Assembly (NCBI GenBank): GCA_951406725.2
Contig: OX597818.1
Location: forward strand, 44,950,001-45,014,000
Direction: 5' to 3'
Source: Octopus vulgaris
Taxonomy: Eukaryota
Length of the DNA: 64,000 nucleotides
Each line of letters begins with the position of its first letter. Within the stretch, counting starts at the first letter, position 1. The position numbers were made by a program, and so were the translations under genes. A model generated the notes under the pieces. The model saw only the letters and a list, made by a program, of their open reading frames with translations, did no database searches and was not told where the DNA came from. Of this stretch, positions 26,774 to 40,049 are shown in pieces.

Positions 26774-26774
<1 letters not shown>

Positions 26775-26822
<48 letters not shown>

Positions 26823-27283
26823 GTTGTTTAACGTTTGCTTTCCATGCTAACATGGGTTGGATGATTTGACTGTGGGCTGGCGAACCAGATGGCTGCACCA
26901 GACACCTATCTGATCTGGCAGAGTTTCTACAGCTGGATGCCCTTCCTAATGCCAACCACTCTGAGGGTGTAGTGGGTGCTTTTATGTGCCACCAGCACGA
27001 AGGCCAGTCAGGCTGTACTGGCAACAACCTCGCTCGAATGCTTTTACACATGCCAACGGCACAGGTGCTAGTAAGGCGATGCTGGTAACAATCCCGCTCA
27101 AATGGTGCCTCCTACATGCCACTGGCACGGAAGCCAGTTAGCCGCTCTGGCAACAATCATGCTCAGATAGGGCTCTTAGCACCCTACTAGCACGGTTCAC
27201 AAGTGCCAGTAAGGCGAAGCTGGCAACGATCACACTTGAATGGTGCCTTTTATGTGCGACTGGCACAGAAGCCTGTTAGCCGC
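26775..27283 (-). mobile_element. Family B (RTE-tail) element
   Basis: (CAT)n tail and internal repeats. Confidence 0.8.
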
Positions 27284-27708
27284 TTAAATAATTATGTCAT
27301 GTGGCCTAATGGTTAGAGTGTTGGATTCACAATCATAAAATCATGGGTTTGGTTCCTGGGCCTGGTGGCATGTTATTTTTTTGAAGAAGGCACATAATTT
27401 CACATTGCTCCAGCTTACTCAGCCGAAACTTAGTATAATCCAAGTGCTGGTATAGCAGCCTCTCCCTACCACTGTTACATTTGTAGTGTTCCCCTAAGTC
27501 AAGCATAGGAGGGATGTAAGTGTGTCTATGTCCTCTAGCTACATAGACACCTAAAACAATAAATGAAAGCATGATACTTGTCACCAGGCCTTACTCTCTT
27601 ACAAGTGATGCTAAATCATGAATATAAATAAATATTTCACTGACATCTTTCAACAAAATTTGTAATCTTTAATAAGGAAATAAACAGAGGCTTTCAAGCT
27701 AAAATACC

Positions 27709-28119
27709 TATTTCTTTACTACCCACAAGGGGCTAAACACAGAGAGGACAAACAAGGACAGACAAACGGATTAAGTTGATTATATCGACCCAACTGCACA
27801 ACTGGTACTTATTTAATCAATCCCGAAAGGATGAAAGGCAAAGTCAAGCTCGGCGGAATTTGATCTTAGAACGTAGCAGCAGACGAAATACCTATTTCTT
27901 TACTACCCACAAGGGGCTAAACACAGAGAGGACAAACAAGGACAGACAAATGGATTAAGTCGATTATATCGACCCCAGTGCATAACTGGTACTTATTTAA
28001 TCAACCCCGAAAGGATGAAAGGCAAAGTCGACCTCGGTGGAATTTGAACTCACAACATAGCGGCAGACGAAATACCGCAAAGCATTTCGCCCGGCGTGTT
28101 AACGTTTCTGCCATCTTGC
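27709..28119 (-). mobile_element. SINE family C tandem dimer, 184-bp period
   Basis: Units at 27709 and 27893; 18-bp TSD ctttcaagctaaaatacc at 27691-27708 and 28120-28137. Confidence 0.9.
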
Positions 28120-29059
28120 CTTTCAAGCTAAAATACCATGTTGTATTTGCTTTGTTTGACCTGCACTGTTGCCATCATAAGCGCAATGAACCTTTGACTA
28201 GAATGTTGCCAACCTGTAACCAATGAAGAATGCCACATTCACCGGTTGATATGAAATAGTAATGAAAAGTTGAAGTGAGACAAACTGGGTGCAGCTGTTT
28301 GGAAGCTGGTGATTTGATGCAGCTGACTGGATGTCTAATCTGCTTTGGCAACAATACTTTTTGGCACTGGAAACTTTCTCACACACAAACACACACACAC
28401 ACACACACACACATGAACAGATGCACACACATGTGTGCATCCACATGCACACACACAAACACACACACATGCATACACACACATGCACACACGTATGTGC
28501 ACATGCACACACACACAACACGCAAACACACACACATGCACACACACAGTGCCCACACAAATGCACACACACACACACACACAAATACACACACACACAA
28601 CACATGAACATACACACACATGCACACACACAAATACATGGCCCACACGCAAACACACACATACACCCATGCACAGAAATATATAGAGAGAGATAGAAAG
28701 AGGGAGAGATTACAATTTATTAATTGAACACGAAGGACATAAACATCTCCCTCTCCTCAGACACATAGATAGAAATATAGCCACACACATAAACAGAAAG
28801 TGCGAGTAGGAAGAAATAGACAGACAGATAGATAGAGAGGGAGAGGGGGAGAGAAATGTTAAAACATCTGATGTCAAATAAGTTAGCACTGAATCATCCG
28901 CCGAGGTCGACTTTGCCTTTCATCCTTTCGGGGTCAATAAATTAAGTACCAGTTATGCACTGGGGTCGATGTAATCGACTTAATCCTTTTGTCTGTCCTT
29001 GTTTGTCCCCTCTGTGTTTAGCCCCTTGTGGGTAGTAAAGAAATATATACTAAAATACT

Positions 29060-29363
29060 TGTTGTTTGTTCCTTCTCGAGCCTGCCTTACTCATAAGGGC
29101 CGGTTACCCAATTTCCTTGGCGTATAGGTTCCCCACCTGGATGAGATGCCAGTCCGTCGCAGGTGAGCTCCAAGATGCAGGAGGAAAGAGTGAGAGAAAG
29201 TTGTGGCAAAAGAGTCAGCAGAAGTTCACCAGTACCTTCTGCCAGAGCCGTATGGAGCTTAGGTGTTTCATTCATAAACACAAACATCGCCCGGCCTGAG
29301 ATTTGAACCCATGATCCCTCGACTGCAAGTCCACTGCTCTACCCACTAGGTCATGTGCCTCCA
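29060..29363 (-). mobile_element. SINE family D-related, full length
   Basis: tRNA-like head at 29300-29363 on the minus strand. Confidence 0.8.
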
Positions 29364-29479
29364 CTACTAAAATACTTGATACTTACAAAAGTGTCAGCAG
29401 TAATTTGTGTGTCCAAAAATGTATACACTGTATTTTGAACTATGAATATTATATTTGAACCATTATGAAGAACTAAAAA

Positions 29480-30353
29480 CAGACTATTCACTCCAATTAT
29501 GAAGAAAAGAGAGGATGAAACCAATAAACTGTCCACAATTTGTCTACCCTATCTGAAAGGCCTCTTCAAAAAGATACAAAAGATATGCAACCCATATGAC
29601 ATCAGGACAGTATTCAGGAGTAATAGAACTCTTCACAAATATCTCCTTCGAGTAAAACCATCAATAGCAGAGAATATGACTAAAGACTGTGTGTACACCA
29701 TCCCACACATCTGTGGTAGGTTATAGAAAGGTGAAACATGCCGTCCCCTCAAAAAAGGGTAGAGGAACATTGCAAAGCTGTGACATGGGGAGATATTGAT
29801 AAATCGGGTATAGCTGATCATGTATGGAAAAATGGAAACCACCTACCCCTGTGGGATGAAGTTAAAATAATAGACAGAGAACACCACTGGAAAGTATGAA
29901 AACTAAAAGAAGCAGCACATATGCTAGGACACAACAACCTCCTAAGCAGACCAAGTGCAGATATGAGTAGCATATAGGAACCAATATTAAGGAAAGATAG
30001 AAAAAGATTAGATTTATAATATGTAAAATTTACTCCATCTCCTCAGACACATAGAGAGAAATATACTCACACCATATGCCCATGGGCATATGGTGTAGTA
30101 CTTAAGAGTGTGGGCTACTAAACCCAAGATTCTGAGTTTGATTCCAGGCAGAGACCTGAATAATAATAATAACACCAAAAAATACCTTTGGATTGAGAAC
30201 CCAGGTGCGAAACTTCTCCAAGAAACCCGATGAAGGCTGGAGGGTATATCAGCCAAAACGTTGTGTTAACAGCAAATAAGATGAGGACAAATATCCATCG
30301 AATGTAAATGATGTAAATGATGTACATAATTCCTCATCTCTTAAATATAGAAC
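29480..30353 (+). mobile_element. 5'-truncated Penelope-like element: decayed GIY-YIG endonuclease plus 3' pseudo-LTR
   Basis: ICLPYLKGL...IRTVFRSNRTL...CVYTIPHICGRL*KGETCRPLK..EEH...SGIADHVW..NHLPLWDEVKIIDREHHW..LKEA; stops and a frameshift. Followed by a tRNA-like segment and a hammerhead motif. Confidence 0.9.
30222..30267 (+). ncRNA. Degenerate minimal type-I hammerhead ribozyme in the PLE pseudo-LTR
   Basis: gaaac-CcGATGA-a-GGCTG-gagggtatat-CAGCC-aAAA-CGT-T-gtgtt; two core substitutions relative to the sister copies at 53640-53739. Confidence 0.7.
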
Positions 30354-30429
30354 TGTATTATATCTGAAGCTGTAACATTTGAAATTGTAAACATTTAAAG
30401 GTAAGACAATGTTTTAAAAGCATACAAAC

Positions 30430-30505
30430 CTGTGCGTCATTCTCAGTTTCTTGAAATAGTGTTTCCCAAGCAGCAAAAATGGAAGTCGGACTATCAATTG
30501 GTGGT
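30430..30505 (-). CDS. Internal coding exon B of the same gene: (R)PPIDSPTSIFAAWETLFQETENDAQ
   Basis: cttttatcttataacag|ACCACCA...GCACAG|gtttgt. 76 nt, phase 2 in and phase 0 out; contains the F-BAR-type S-[IL]-x-x-A-W-x-x-L-x-x-E-T-E motif. Confidence 0.9.
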
Positions 30506-30594
30506 CTGTTATAAGATAAAAGTTAATAGATTAGATTATATTGGATAACACAGACTGAGAGAAAATATATGATATCATTTACTTGTTTCAGTAA

Positions 30595-30840
30595 TTATAA
30601 TAATAATAATAATAATGAAATTATTGTATACAGTGCTCAGGTGCACCACAACTTGTCAGAAAGTGCGTATAAAGTATATGCAGTAATGTACAAATGTCTG
30701 GAAAGTGAACAGTGTATGAGTCAGATAGATGCTTGTGTGTGTATGGAGGGGAGAAAATCAGGTGTAGTGTTGGCGAATCTCAGAAAGTATGGAAGTTTTG
30801 AAGGATGCATTGCTCCGACAACTAACAACTGATGCCGGCA
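30595..30840 (-). mobile_element. Short CR1 3' fragment nested in the tail of a family A SINE
   Basis: Splits tttacttgtttcagt | attagactgtggcc. Confidence 0.85.
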
Positions 30841-31433
30841 ATTAGACTGTGGCCATGCTGGGGTACCATCTTGAAGAGTTTTTAGTCGGACAAATTGACC
30901 CCAGTACGTTTTTTAAACCTGGTGCTTACTCTATTGGTATTTTTTGCTGAACCACTAAGTTATAGGGATTTAAACAAACCAACACCAGTTGTCAAGCATT
31001 GGTGGGGGACAAACAGACATAAAGACATGCATACATAGATATACATCATCATCATTTAACGTCCGCTTTCCATGCTGGCATGGGTTGGACCACACACACA
31101 CACACACACATACATACATATATATCATCATCATCATCACCATCATTTAACGTTCATTGTCCATGCTGGCATGGGTTGGACGGGTTGACCAGGGCTGATA
31201 AGCTGAGGGGCTGCACCAGGCTCCTGTCTGATTTGACATGATTTCTACAGCTGGATTTTCTTTCTAATGCCAACCACTACAAGAACGTAATGAGTGCCTT
31301 CACAGGCCACTGGCACAGGTGCCAGCTGCATGACACCAGTATTTGCCACACATATGATTTCACTTGACTTGACAGATCTTCTTCTCAAATACAGCATATC
31401 ACCAAGGGTCTATGACAGGCTTCTTTCAGTTTC

Positions 31434-31839
31434 TATTTCTTTACTACCCACAAGGAGCTAAACATAGAGGGGACAAATAAGGACAGACAAAGGGATTAAG
31501 TCGATTACATCAACCCCAGTGTGTAACTGGTACTTAATTTATCGACCCCGAAAGGATGAAAGGCAAAGTCAACCTCGGCAGAATTTGAACTCAGAACCTA
31601 ATGGCAGACGAAATACCTATTTCTTTACTACCCACAAGAGGCTAAACACAGAGGGGACAAACAAGGACAGAGAAAGGGATTAAGTCGATTACATCAACCC
31701 CAGTGCGTAACTGGTACTTAATTTATCGACCCCGAAAGGATGAAAGGCAAAGTCAACCTCGGCAGAATTTGAACTCAGAATGTAATGGCAGATGAGATAC
31801 CTCTAAGCATTTCACTCGGCATGCTAACGTTTCTGCCAG
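31434..31839 (-). mobile_element. SINE family C tandem dimer, 184-bp period, nested in a family A SINE
   Basis: Units at 31434 and 31618; TSD ctttcagtttc at 31423-31433 and 31840-31850. Confidence 0.9.
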
Positions 31840-33289
31840 CTTTCAGTTTCCGTCTACCAAACCCACTTACAAGGCGTTGGTTGGCCCAAGGTTATAGCAG
31901 AAGACACTTGCCCAAGATGTCACACAGTGGAACTGAACCTGGAACTATGTGGTTGGGAAGCAAACTCCTTACCACACAGCCACACCTGCATAATAACAGA
32001 GGTGAGAAGTGGCGGAAATATGACAGATTCGAGATGAGACATCTTCTGCCTTACAGCTTTTTACTTGTTTCTATCATTAGATTGCAACCATGCAGTGGCA
32101 CCACATTGAAGGGTTTCATCAAACAGCTTGACACCTGTACTTATTTTTTTCATTTTCTCTTGCCACACAGCTGTACCTGTGTCTACATATAACAAATAAT
32201 TGGTTCAATAATAGAAATAGATTGAATGAAAGCACCAGGCACAAATAAGTACTGATGTTGATATAATCAATAAAAACCCTTCAAAGCGGTGCCACAGCAT
32301 GGCCAAAGTTTACTGAGTAAAAGCAATCAAAGAATTAATAAAAGAATCAGAATGAAATATAACAAATTTTGAGTGTCGTGTGTTCTGATATTGTCAGCAG
32401 GACTCTTGCTTGTATTATTGGTAGGCAGAACTGCAGTGACTAAATGGTGTTGGAATTAATGATTCGCAACTTTACAATTTCAGATTTTACTACTCTCGTT
32501 ACTAATATCAAAGTATATCATCGTTCCACCTTCATGTCAATGTTCATCATCATCGTCGTTTAGTGTCCACTTTTCTATGCTCGCATGGAGTTGGATGGAA
32601 TTTGCTGAAGCAGACTTTCTATGCCTGGATGCTCTTCCTATCACCAACCCTCACCTGTTTTCAAGCAAGGCAATATTTCCCATGATTACACATTTTTCTC
32701 ATGGAAGATTGGAAATGAACAAGATCACATGAGGTCAAATCAAGGCTATGCACAAATATATATCACACACACAGACACACACACACACACACTAACACAC
32801 GCACATGCACACAGTGATCTTCTTTTAGTTTCCATTTCATTCACAAGGATTTGTTTAGATCAGGGCATCATCATCATCATTGTTTAACGTCTGCTTTCCA
32901 TGCTAGCATGGGTTGGACGATTTGACGCCGAAGGGATGAAGGGCAAAGTCGACCTGGCAAACAAGATGGATGCACCAGACTCCAATTTGATCTGGCAGAG
33001 TTTCTACAGCTAGGAAAAATACTTTCACCCAAGGTACCATGCAGGGGGACTGAATTGAGACCACATGGCTGAGAAGCAAGCTTCTTAATTGCACAGCCGT
33101 GCTTGTTGGCTTTGACAAAAATAGATGCCAGTGAATCAACTCAACAAGGAAACCAATAAGTGGTCTTGAAACCTACTCGGAACTGGAACCAAATCCCCTT
33201 CAAAACAAAACCTACTGTTATAAAAATTAAAAGACATGCTGGGCGATGTAGTTGGGATGATGTATAGCCAATATAAATATACATATATA

Positions 33290-33791
33290 TATTTCTTTAT
33301 TGCCCACAAGGGGCTAAACATAGAGGGGACAAACAAGGACAGACAAAGGGATTAAGTCGATTACATTAACTCCAGTGCAAAACTGGTACTTTATTTATTG
33401 GCCTCGAAAGGATGAAAGGCAAAGTTGACCTCAGCGGAATTTGAACTCAGAACATAACGACAGACGAAATACCGCAAAGCATTTCGCCCGGCGTGCTAAT
33501 GTGTCTGCCAGCTTGCTGCATTAATATACACATCATCATCATCATCGTTTAACGTCCGCTTTCCATGCTAGCATGGGTTGGACGATTTGACTGAGGTCTG
33601 GCGAACCAGATGGCTGCAACAGACTCCAATCTGATCTGGCAGAGTTTCTACAGCTGGATACCCTACCTAATGCCAACCACTCCAAGAGTGTAGTGGGTGC
33701 TTTTACGTGCCACCACCACAAGGGCCAGTCAGACGGCACTGGCAACGGCCATGCTCAAATAAATGGTACTTTTTATGTGCCACCTGCACAG

Positions 33792-33795
<4 letters not shown>
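33290..33795 (-). mobile_element. Adjacent family C SINE monomer (33290-33520) and family B fragment (33531-33795)
   Basis: Match to other copies in the window. Confidence 0.8.
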
Positions 33796-33852
<57 letters not shown>

Positions 33853-34462
33853 ATATATATATGTATATAGTATACACTATATGGTCATGGCTGGAATGCC
33901 TTTGTTGATAGGCAGTCTTCAAGGAAATCTTGGAGTTAAATGACGCATACTGAGATGAATTCAATTAACTACACTCCTTCTTTATGGATTTGTGGGTGTA
34001 TGTTTATGCTGCAAATTAATAATTATAAGTCTAAAAATGAATGGCGACGGATAACACAGTGCAGCACAAGGTGAAGAACCGGGATAGATAAAATTAGTAA
34101 CAGTGATATTATACATAACAGGCTATAGGAAATGTCTGTACCCATCGCAATGCCCATGGACTAAGGGGAATAACTCTGCTTCTTACATTGGCTAACTGAC
34201 AAGTTCTACTGTTCTCTTATTGAACATATGAGGATGAGCGTTATAGAAACAAGACTATCCAGCGGTATAAACAATTTCTTCTATATGCAAATATCCGAAA
34301 TTTCCTCCCTGAATTTCACATCGATTAAAACATGGAAAAATGGCTGAGAAAGTATGCACACACATATATATGGATGAATGAACGTGTGTGTATGTGAATG
34401 AGTGAATGTTTATGTATACATATATACATTTGACGTTTGATTTAATAACGCAGAGGAATAAT

Positions 34463-34551
<89 letters not shown>

Positions 34552-34840
34552 TTGTATGCAACGTGTACTTTTTACATTATTTTTTTTTACTTTTTCGCGT
34601 TTCATCCCAAAGTCTGTGGCCATGCTGGGGTACCATCATTATTGTAACAAACATCGAATATATTACGATATTTTTGCTATTATTTACCATATATATATAT
34701 ATATATAATATAAATATATTATATATGTGTGTGTGTATATATTTATATATATAAATATATTATATATGTGTGTGTATATATATATATATAGATAGATAGA
34801 TAGATATATAATATAAGTATATCATACATATATGTGTATA

Positions 34841-34877
<37 letters not shown>

Positions 34878-34880
<3 letters not shown>

Positions 34881-35280
34881 TGAATACAAAAGCATTAAAA
34901 AAATAGGCAAAATGAAGAGGGAATACGAAAGAAAACATGGCCTAGAGAAGAACCCTGGAGGCCTTAATAAATTAGCCAATTGACTTCGAAGCCCCTATGG
35001 TGGAAGATTGTATGATTTTAATTTATCAGGCCTCAAGGCTTCTTCTCTAGGCCATGTTTTCTTTTGTATTCCCTCTTCATTTTGTTTATTTTTTGATCGC
35101 TTTTATATTCACTCTGATGAAGCTTCAAAATTCTAGTTCAAATATCCTATGAAGATGAAGAATATTATCTTTGCAATTCTTTTGTTGGCACTGACTGACA
35201 GCGGAAGCAGAAACGGCTGTAAGAATTGTTATGTAACATAAATGTTATGCTATGTCATGTTTTGTATCAAATAATAATAA
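34878..35280 (+). mobile_element. Probable PLE pseudo-LTR remnant: ~96-bp inverted repeat followed by a hammerhead motif
   Basis: Arms 34878-34974 and 35019-35114; CTGATGA (35114-35120) ... GAAAC-ggct-GTA (35210-35221). Confidence 0.6.
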
Positions 35281-35518
35281 GCTAGAGATGTGGTCCAATT
35301 GATTTGTTGATCTAAAGTTTTCTCCATTTTCTAAATATTTAAATTTGATTCCTGATAAACTTTTGTTTATTCTGTTGTTACCTGAACCCTATGAGCATAG
35401 TGTGCCTGCATGCCAATGCCCAAGGATAGCACAGTTAATTGATATGGATAGTAAATACGGATACTATTATCCCCTTAGACGGTTACTACAACCGATAACT
35501 CGGCTTACCTTTAGCATG

Positions 35519-35601
<83 letters not shown>

Positions 35602-35622
35602 AGATGTGGAACACGAGTTGTA

Positions 35623-35928
35623 ATATATAAAAACAGGAAATGAAGAAATGTGACAAAATAATTTAAGTAGGGAGAGTGTATTTAATAGTGAAAGTTCTTT
35701 TAGTTGCGCATTTGTTATGCTTATCAAAAGATATTTTTTTAAGAGAGATAGAGTTCCTTTCTGATAGATTTTTTTCTTATCAGATAAGAGAAAAAAATCT
35801 ATCTCTCTTAAAAAATATCTTTTGATAAGCATAACAAATGAACGTAAAAAGAACTTTCACCTAATTAAATACACTCTCCCTACTTAAATTATTTTGTCAG
35901 CATTTCTTCATTTCCTGTTTTTATATAT
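35623..35928. repeat. ~300-bp AT-rich palindrome (foldback) between (TA)n tracts
   Basis: Arms about 35623-35751 and 35797-35928, with an inner palindrome gatagatttttttcttatcagataagagaaaaaaatctatc. Confidence 0.85.
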
Positions 35929-37420
35929 ATATATATATATATATATAAAATCATCATCATCATCATTTAATGTGCTGGCATGGGTTGTACGGTTTAATTG
36001 GAGCTGATAAGGCCAGGGGCCACATCAGGCTCCCTTGTCGGTCCTGGCTTGTCTCTACAGCTAAATGCCCTTCCTAAAGGCAGCTACTCCACAGAGTGTA
36101 CTGGATGCATTTTATGTGACACCAGAATCAATGCAAACATAATATTTAACAGTGAGAATAAAGAATAGCATTGGCAGATAAATATTTTTTTATTTGTGAG
36201 TTACCAGAGCTACCAATGGTTTCATATAAAGAGAAATCTTAACAATTGTTCAAGGATACCACATGGGAATGTTGGTTGTTGTCTCCATATATATATAGGC
36301 AAGCTGGCAGAATCATTCACACACTGGGAAAAATTCTTAATGGCATTTTGTCAATCTTTAGGTTCTGTCATCAAATTCCACCAAGGTTGACTTCACCTTT
36401 CTTCCTTTTGGCGTCGATGAATTAAGTACCAGTCAAGTACTGGGATCGATGTAATTGACTAGCCCCACCCTCCCACAAATTTCAGGCTTTGAGCCTTTAG
36501 TAGAAAGGATTATCACTCTCCAGTCCTGCTCTGATAGCCTTATTCACTCTATCATTGCTGTTCAGTAACCTCATCACCACCACCTTTATATACCCAGGTT
36601 TTCACCAGTCAGTGCATTCTCCTCTTCCACTCACTACTCATGTTTCCATGGCAGTATCTTGCCATTTATATTATTACCTCCATACCCCAAGAGTATGCCC
36701 TGGTACCTGCCACCATCTATCTCTCTCTTCATTTACTCAACCATCCTATTTATATTCTGATCCCTGTCCCTTGTGAGAATGGTCAGCACTCTGCCACCAT
36801 CTCTCTCCTACTCTCTTACACTCTTGCTGTCTCTCAGTCTCTTTCTCTTTCCCACGTTCCTCCCTCAGGCTGGGTAAACATGTATCTCCTTTACAACGGC
36901 ACACCTGTTTCTGTCCTCATTCCTGATAGCGCTCTCTCTCTCTCTCTCTCTCCCTCCCTCTCTCTCTCCTTCTGTCTCTCTCTCTGGCTGGGTAACCATG
37001 TAGCTTCTCTACAGAAAGACACCTGTTTGTCACTCTGTCTCACTATAATCTTTCATTATCTGACACAAGATCACCTCCTCCAATGCCCCTGCCCTCTCTC
37101 TCAAAGGATGTTTGTCTTGCAAGTTACTTGGTGACTCTGCCAGTGTTGGTGCCATGCAAAAAAGCATCCAGTCCACACTGGAAAGTGGTTGGCATTTGGA
37201 AGGGTATCCAGCTGTTAAAACTTGGCCAAAACTGATCTCGCTTGTGCTTTCATCACATAAAAAGCACTCCGTCCACTCTGCTGGGTGGTTAGTGTTAGGA
37301 AGGGTATCCAGCTGTAAAAACCCTGCCAAAACAGATATAGAAGTCCTGCCTGGCCAGCTCCTGTCAAACCATCCAACCCATGGCAGCATGGAAGGTGAAC
37401 ATTAAACAATGATGATGATG

Positions 37421-37477
<57 letters not shown>

Positions 37478-37478
<1 letters not shown>

Positions 37479-37694
37479 CTTTTACTCTTTTACTTGTTTC
37501 AGTCATTTGATTGTGGCCATGCTGGAGCACCGCCTTCAGTCAAGTAAATCAACCCCAAGACTTATTCTTTGTAAGCCTAGTACTTATTCTATCGGTCTCT
37601 TTTGCTGAACCATTAAGCTACAGGGATGTAAACACACCAGCATTGGTTGTCAAGCAATGTTGGAGGGACAAACACAGACACACAAACGTATACA

Positions 37695-37744
<50 letters not shown>

Positions 37745-37965
37745 TATTTTCTCTCTAGTGTATATACATACATATATATATACATATGTATATACATGTA
37801 TACGACAGGCTTCTTTCAGTTTACATCTTCCAAATTCCCTGATAAGGCTTTGGTCGGCTTGAGGCTATAGTAGAAGACACTTGTCCAAGGTGCCACGCAG
37901 TTGGACTGAACCTGGAACCATGTGGTCCGTAAGCAAGCCACTTATGACACAGCCACTCCTACACC
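37478..37965 (-). mobile_element. SINE family A with an expanded internal (CA)n
   Basis: Full reverse copy. Confidence 0.85.
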
Positions 37966-37980
37966 TATTATATCTATCTA

Positions 37981-38048
<68 letters not shown>

Positions 38049-38521
38049 AAAGTAAGATAGGGGTTATGGGTGTAACCCACTATGGGATATCATTTATCCA
38101 ATATACTGTTGGTAAAGTACTCAAATTCTTAATACATAAATGTTTTTAATTACAATGCAATTAATTCATTTATTGTATTAAATGGAGAGTAAAGAAATAT
38201 TTTACCGTAAATTCATAATACAAATAAGAAAATGGAGAAACAAATTTAGTTTGTTCATCAACTTTCTGATATTAGAATGTTCGATTATTTATTTCATTTT
38301 ACAAATTAGAACATCAAAAGCATAGAAAATATTATATAAATCAATAGATAAGATAATAATACAAATACAGATTTTAAAAGTCAAAATGACTAAATAATCC
38401 AACATTATAATATCCGTAAGTTGATGAACAAACTAAATTTGTTTCTCCACTTTCTTATTTGTATTATATATATATATATATACATATATATATCTTATTT
38501 GTTTCTCCATTTTCTTATTTG

Positions 38522-38555
<34 letters not shown>

Positions 38556-39572
38556 TTGCATACGGGAAACGTTTTTGAATATACACATAAAAGTTTCTAC
38601 TTTATTATATGTCTACATCCTTATAATATCAGCTGGCAATAGCAGTTTTTTGGGGTTGTACCAAGCTGTACTGCTATAATATAGGATAAACATAGTAATA
38701 ATAATAATAATGATAATAATAATAACAACAACAATAATATTCCATTGATGGAACTTATAAATATTCTAATGCATTGCTATGTGCATTTCCACAGATCACA
38801 TATTTCTGACAATCATAGTCCATATTCTTGGGATGATTATATATATACATCTTATATAAGACAGTAGAAAGTTCTGACATTGCCTATAACATTCAAGCAC
38901 TGTGTCTTCTGTGAACCATACATCTTATGAATAATATAACACCTGGTAGACTCACCTCACAAGAAAGTTACAAAAGAAACTCAAAGGTCAAGAGTCTATG
39001 CATGGCACTTACCAAAATATTGAGTTCTATTCTTCCTGTTTCTTCTACCAAACCTGCTTCTATCTGTCAGTCTGTCTGTCTGTCTACCTGTCTGTCTGTC
39101 TATCTACCTATCTGTCTATCTACCTATCTATTGACCCTTAAAGGATGAAAGGCAAATTCGACCATGGTGAGATTTGAACTCATAATGTTATATCGACACT
39201 TAAAAGATGAAAGGTAAATTTGACCATAGTGGGATTTGAACTCATAGTGTTGAGAATAACAACAAATACTACAAGTCATTCTCTCTGACATTCTAACCAT
39301 TCAGCCATTTTGTCATCTGGTAAATTATATCTTGTAAGTTGGATATTGATTTCACTTTGACATAAAACCCCATCATTTATGCACTGTCCCCATTGCTGGC
39401 AGTGCCAAGCTACATCAAATTTATGTCTGATGTACAGAGAAAAGCCATTTTAAACCCTATTAGTGATGGACACATGGCTGAAGCAGTGAATAGGTATGAA
39501 AGTCAAACCTTTAAATCAGTAAGAAACACTCAATATATCCAATTAGTTGATTGGTTGTGACTCATACACATG

Positions 39573-39615
<43 letters not shown>

Positions 39616-40049
39616 AACTCATATAAATATATACATGATACATATATATGCACATCTATAGAGTATATTGTATGCATATGTATGTGTAGATGATATATAT
39701 GTACATTTGTGTGTATGTACACATGTGTATGTATGTGTGCATGCGTGTGTATGTGCATGTGTGTATGTGTGTGCATGTGTGTATGTGTATGCATGCAGTG
39801 AACTATTCATTGGGATGACAGACCCTTCTAATCCAATTGCCATTATTAAAGGTGCTTCCTGCTTATTTGCTGTCATTTGTGAGTCTTCCTTCTTTTAAAG
39901 AAAATTCCACAAAGGATTTCTCTTAAACAAACGCTTTCCTAGAATGATGACCAAAAGTAAGCTTCTGACCAAATTAGCTTTGGAAATCCTTCTGTGATTT
40001 TTTGATGCATTGCTGTGGTTGAATTTACTCTGTTAATATGTTTGAACAA

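Noticed and set aside
29387-29440. Small minus-strand segment with ag...|gtaagt (QNTVYTFLDTQITADTF)
   Set aside because: Phase does not fit between exons B and C, which already join cleanly with continuous F-BAR motifs.
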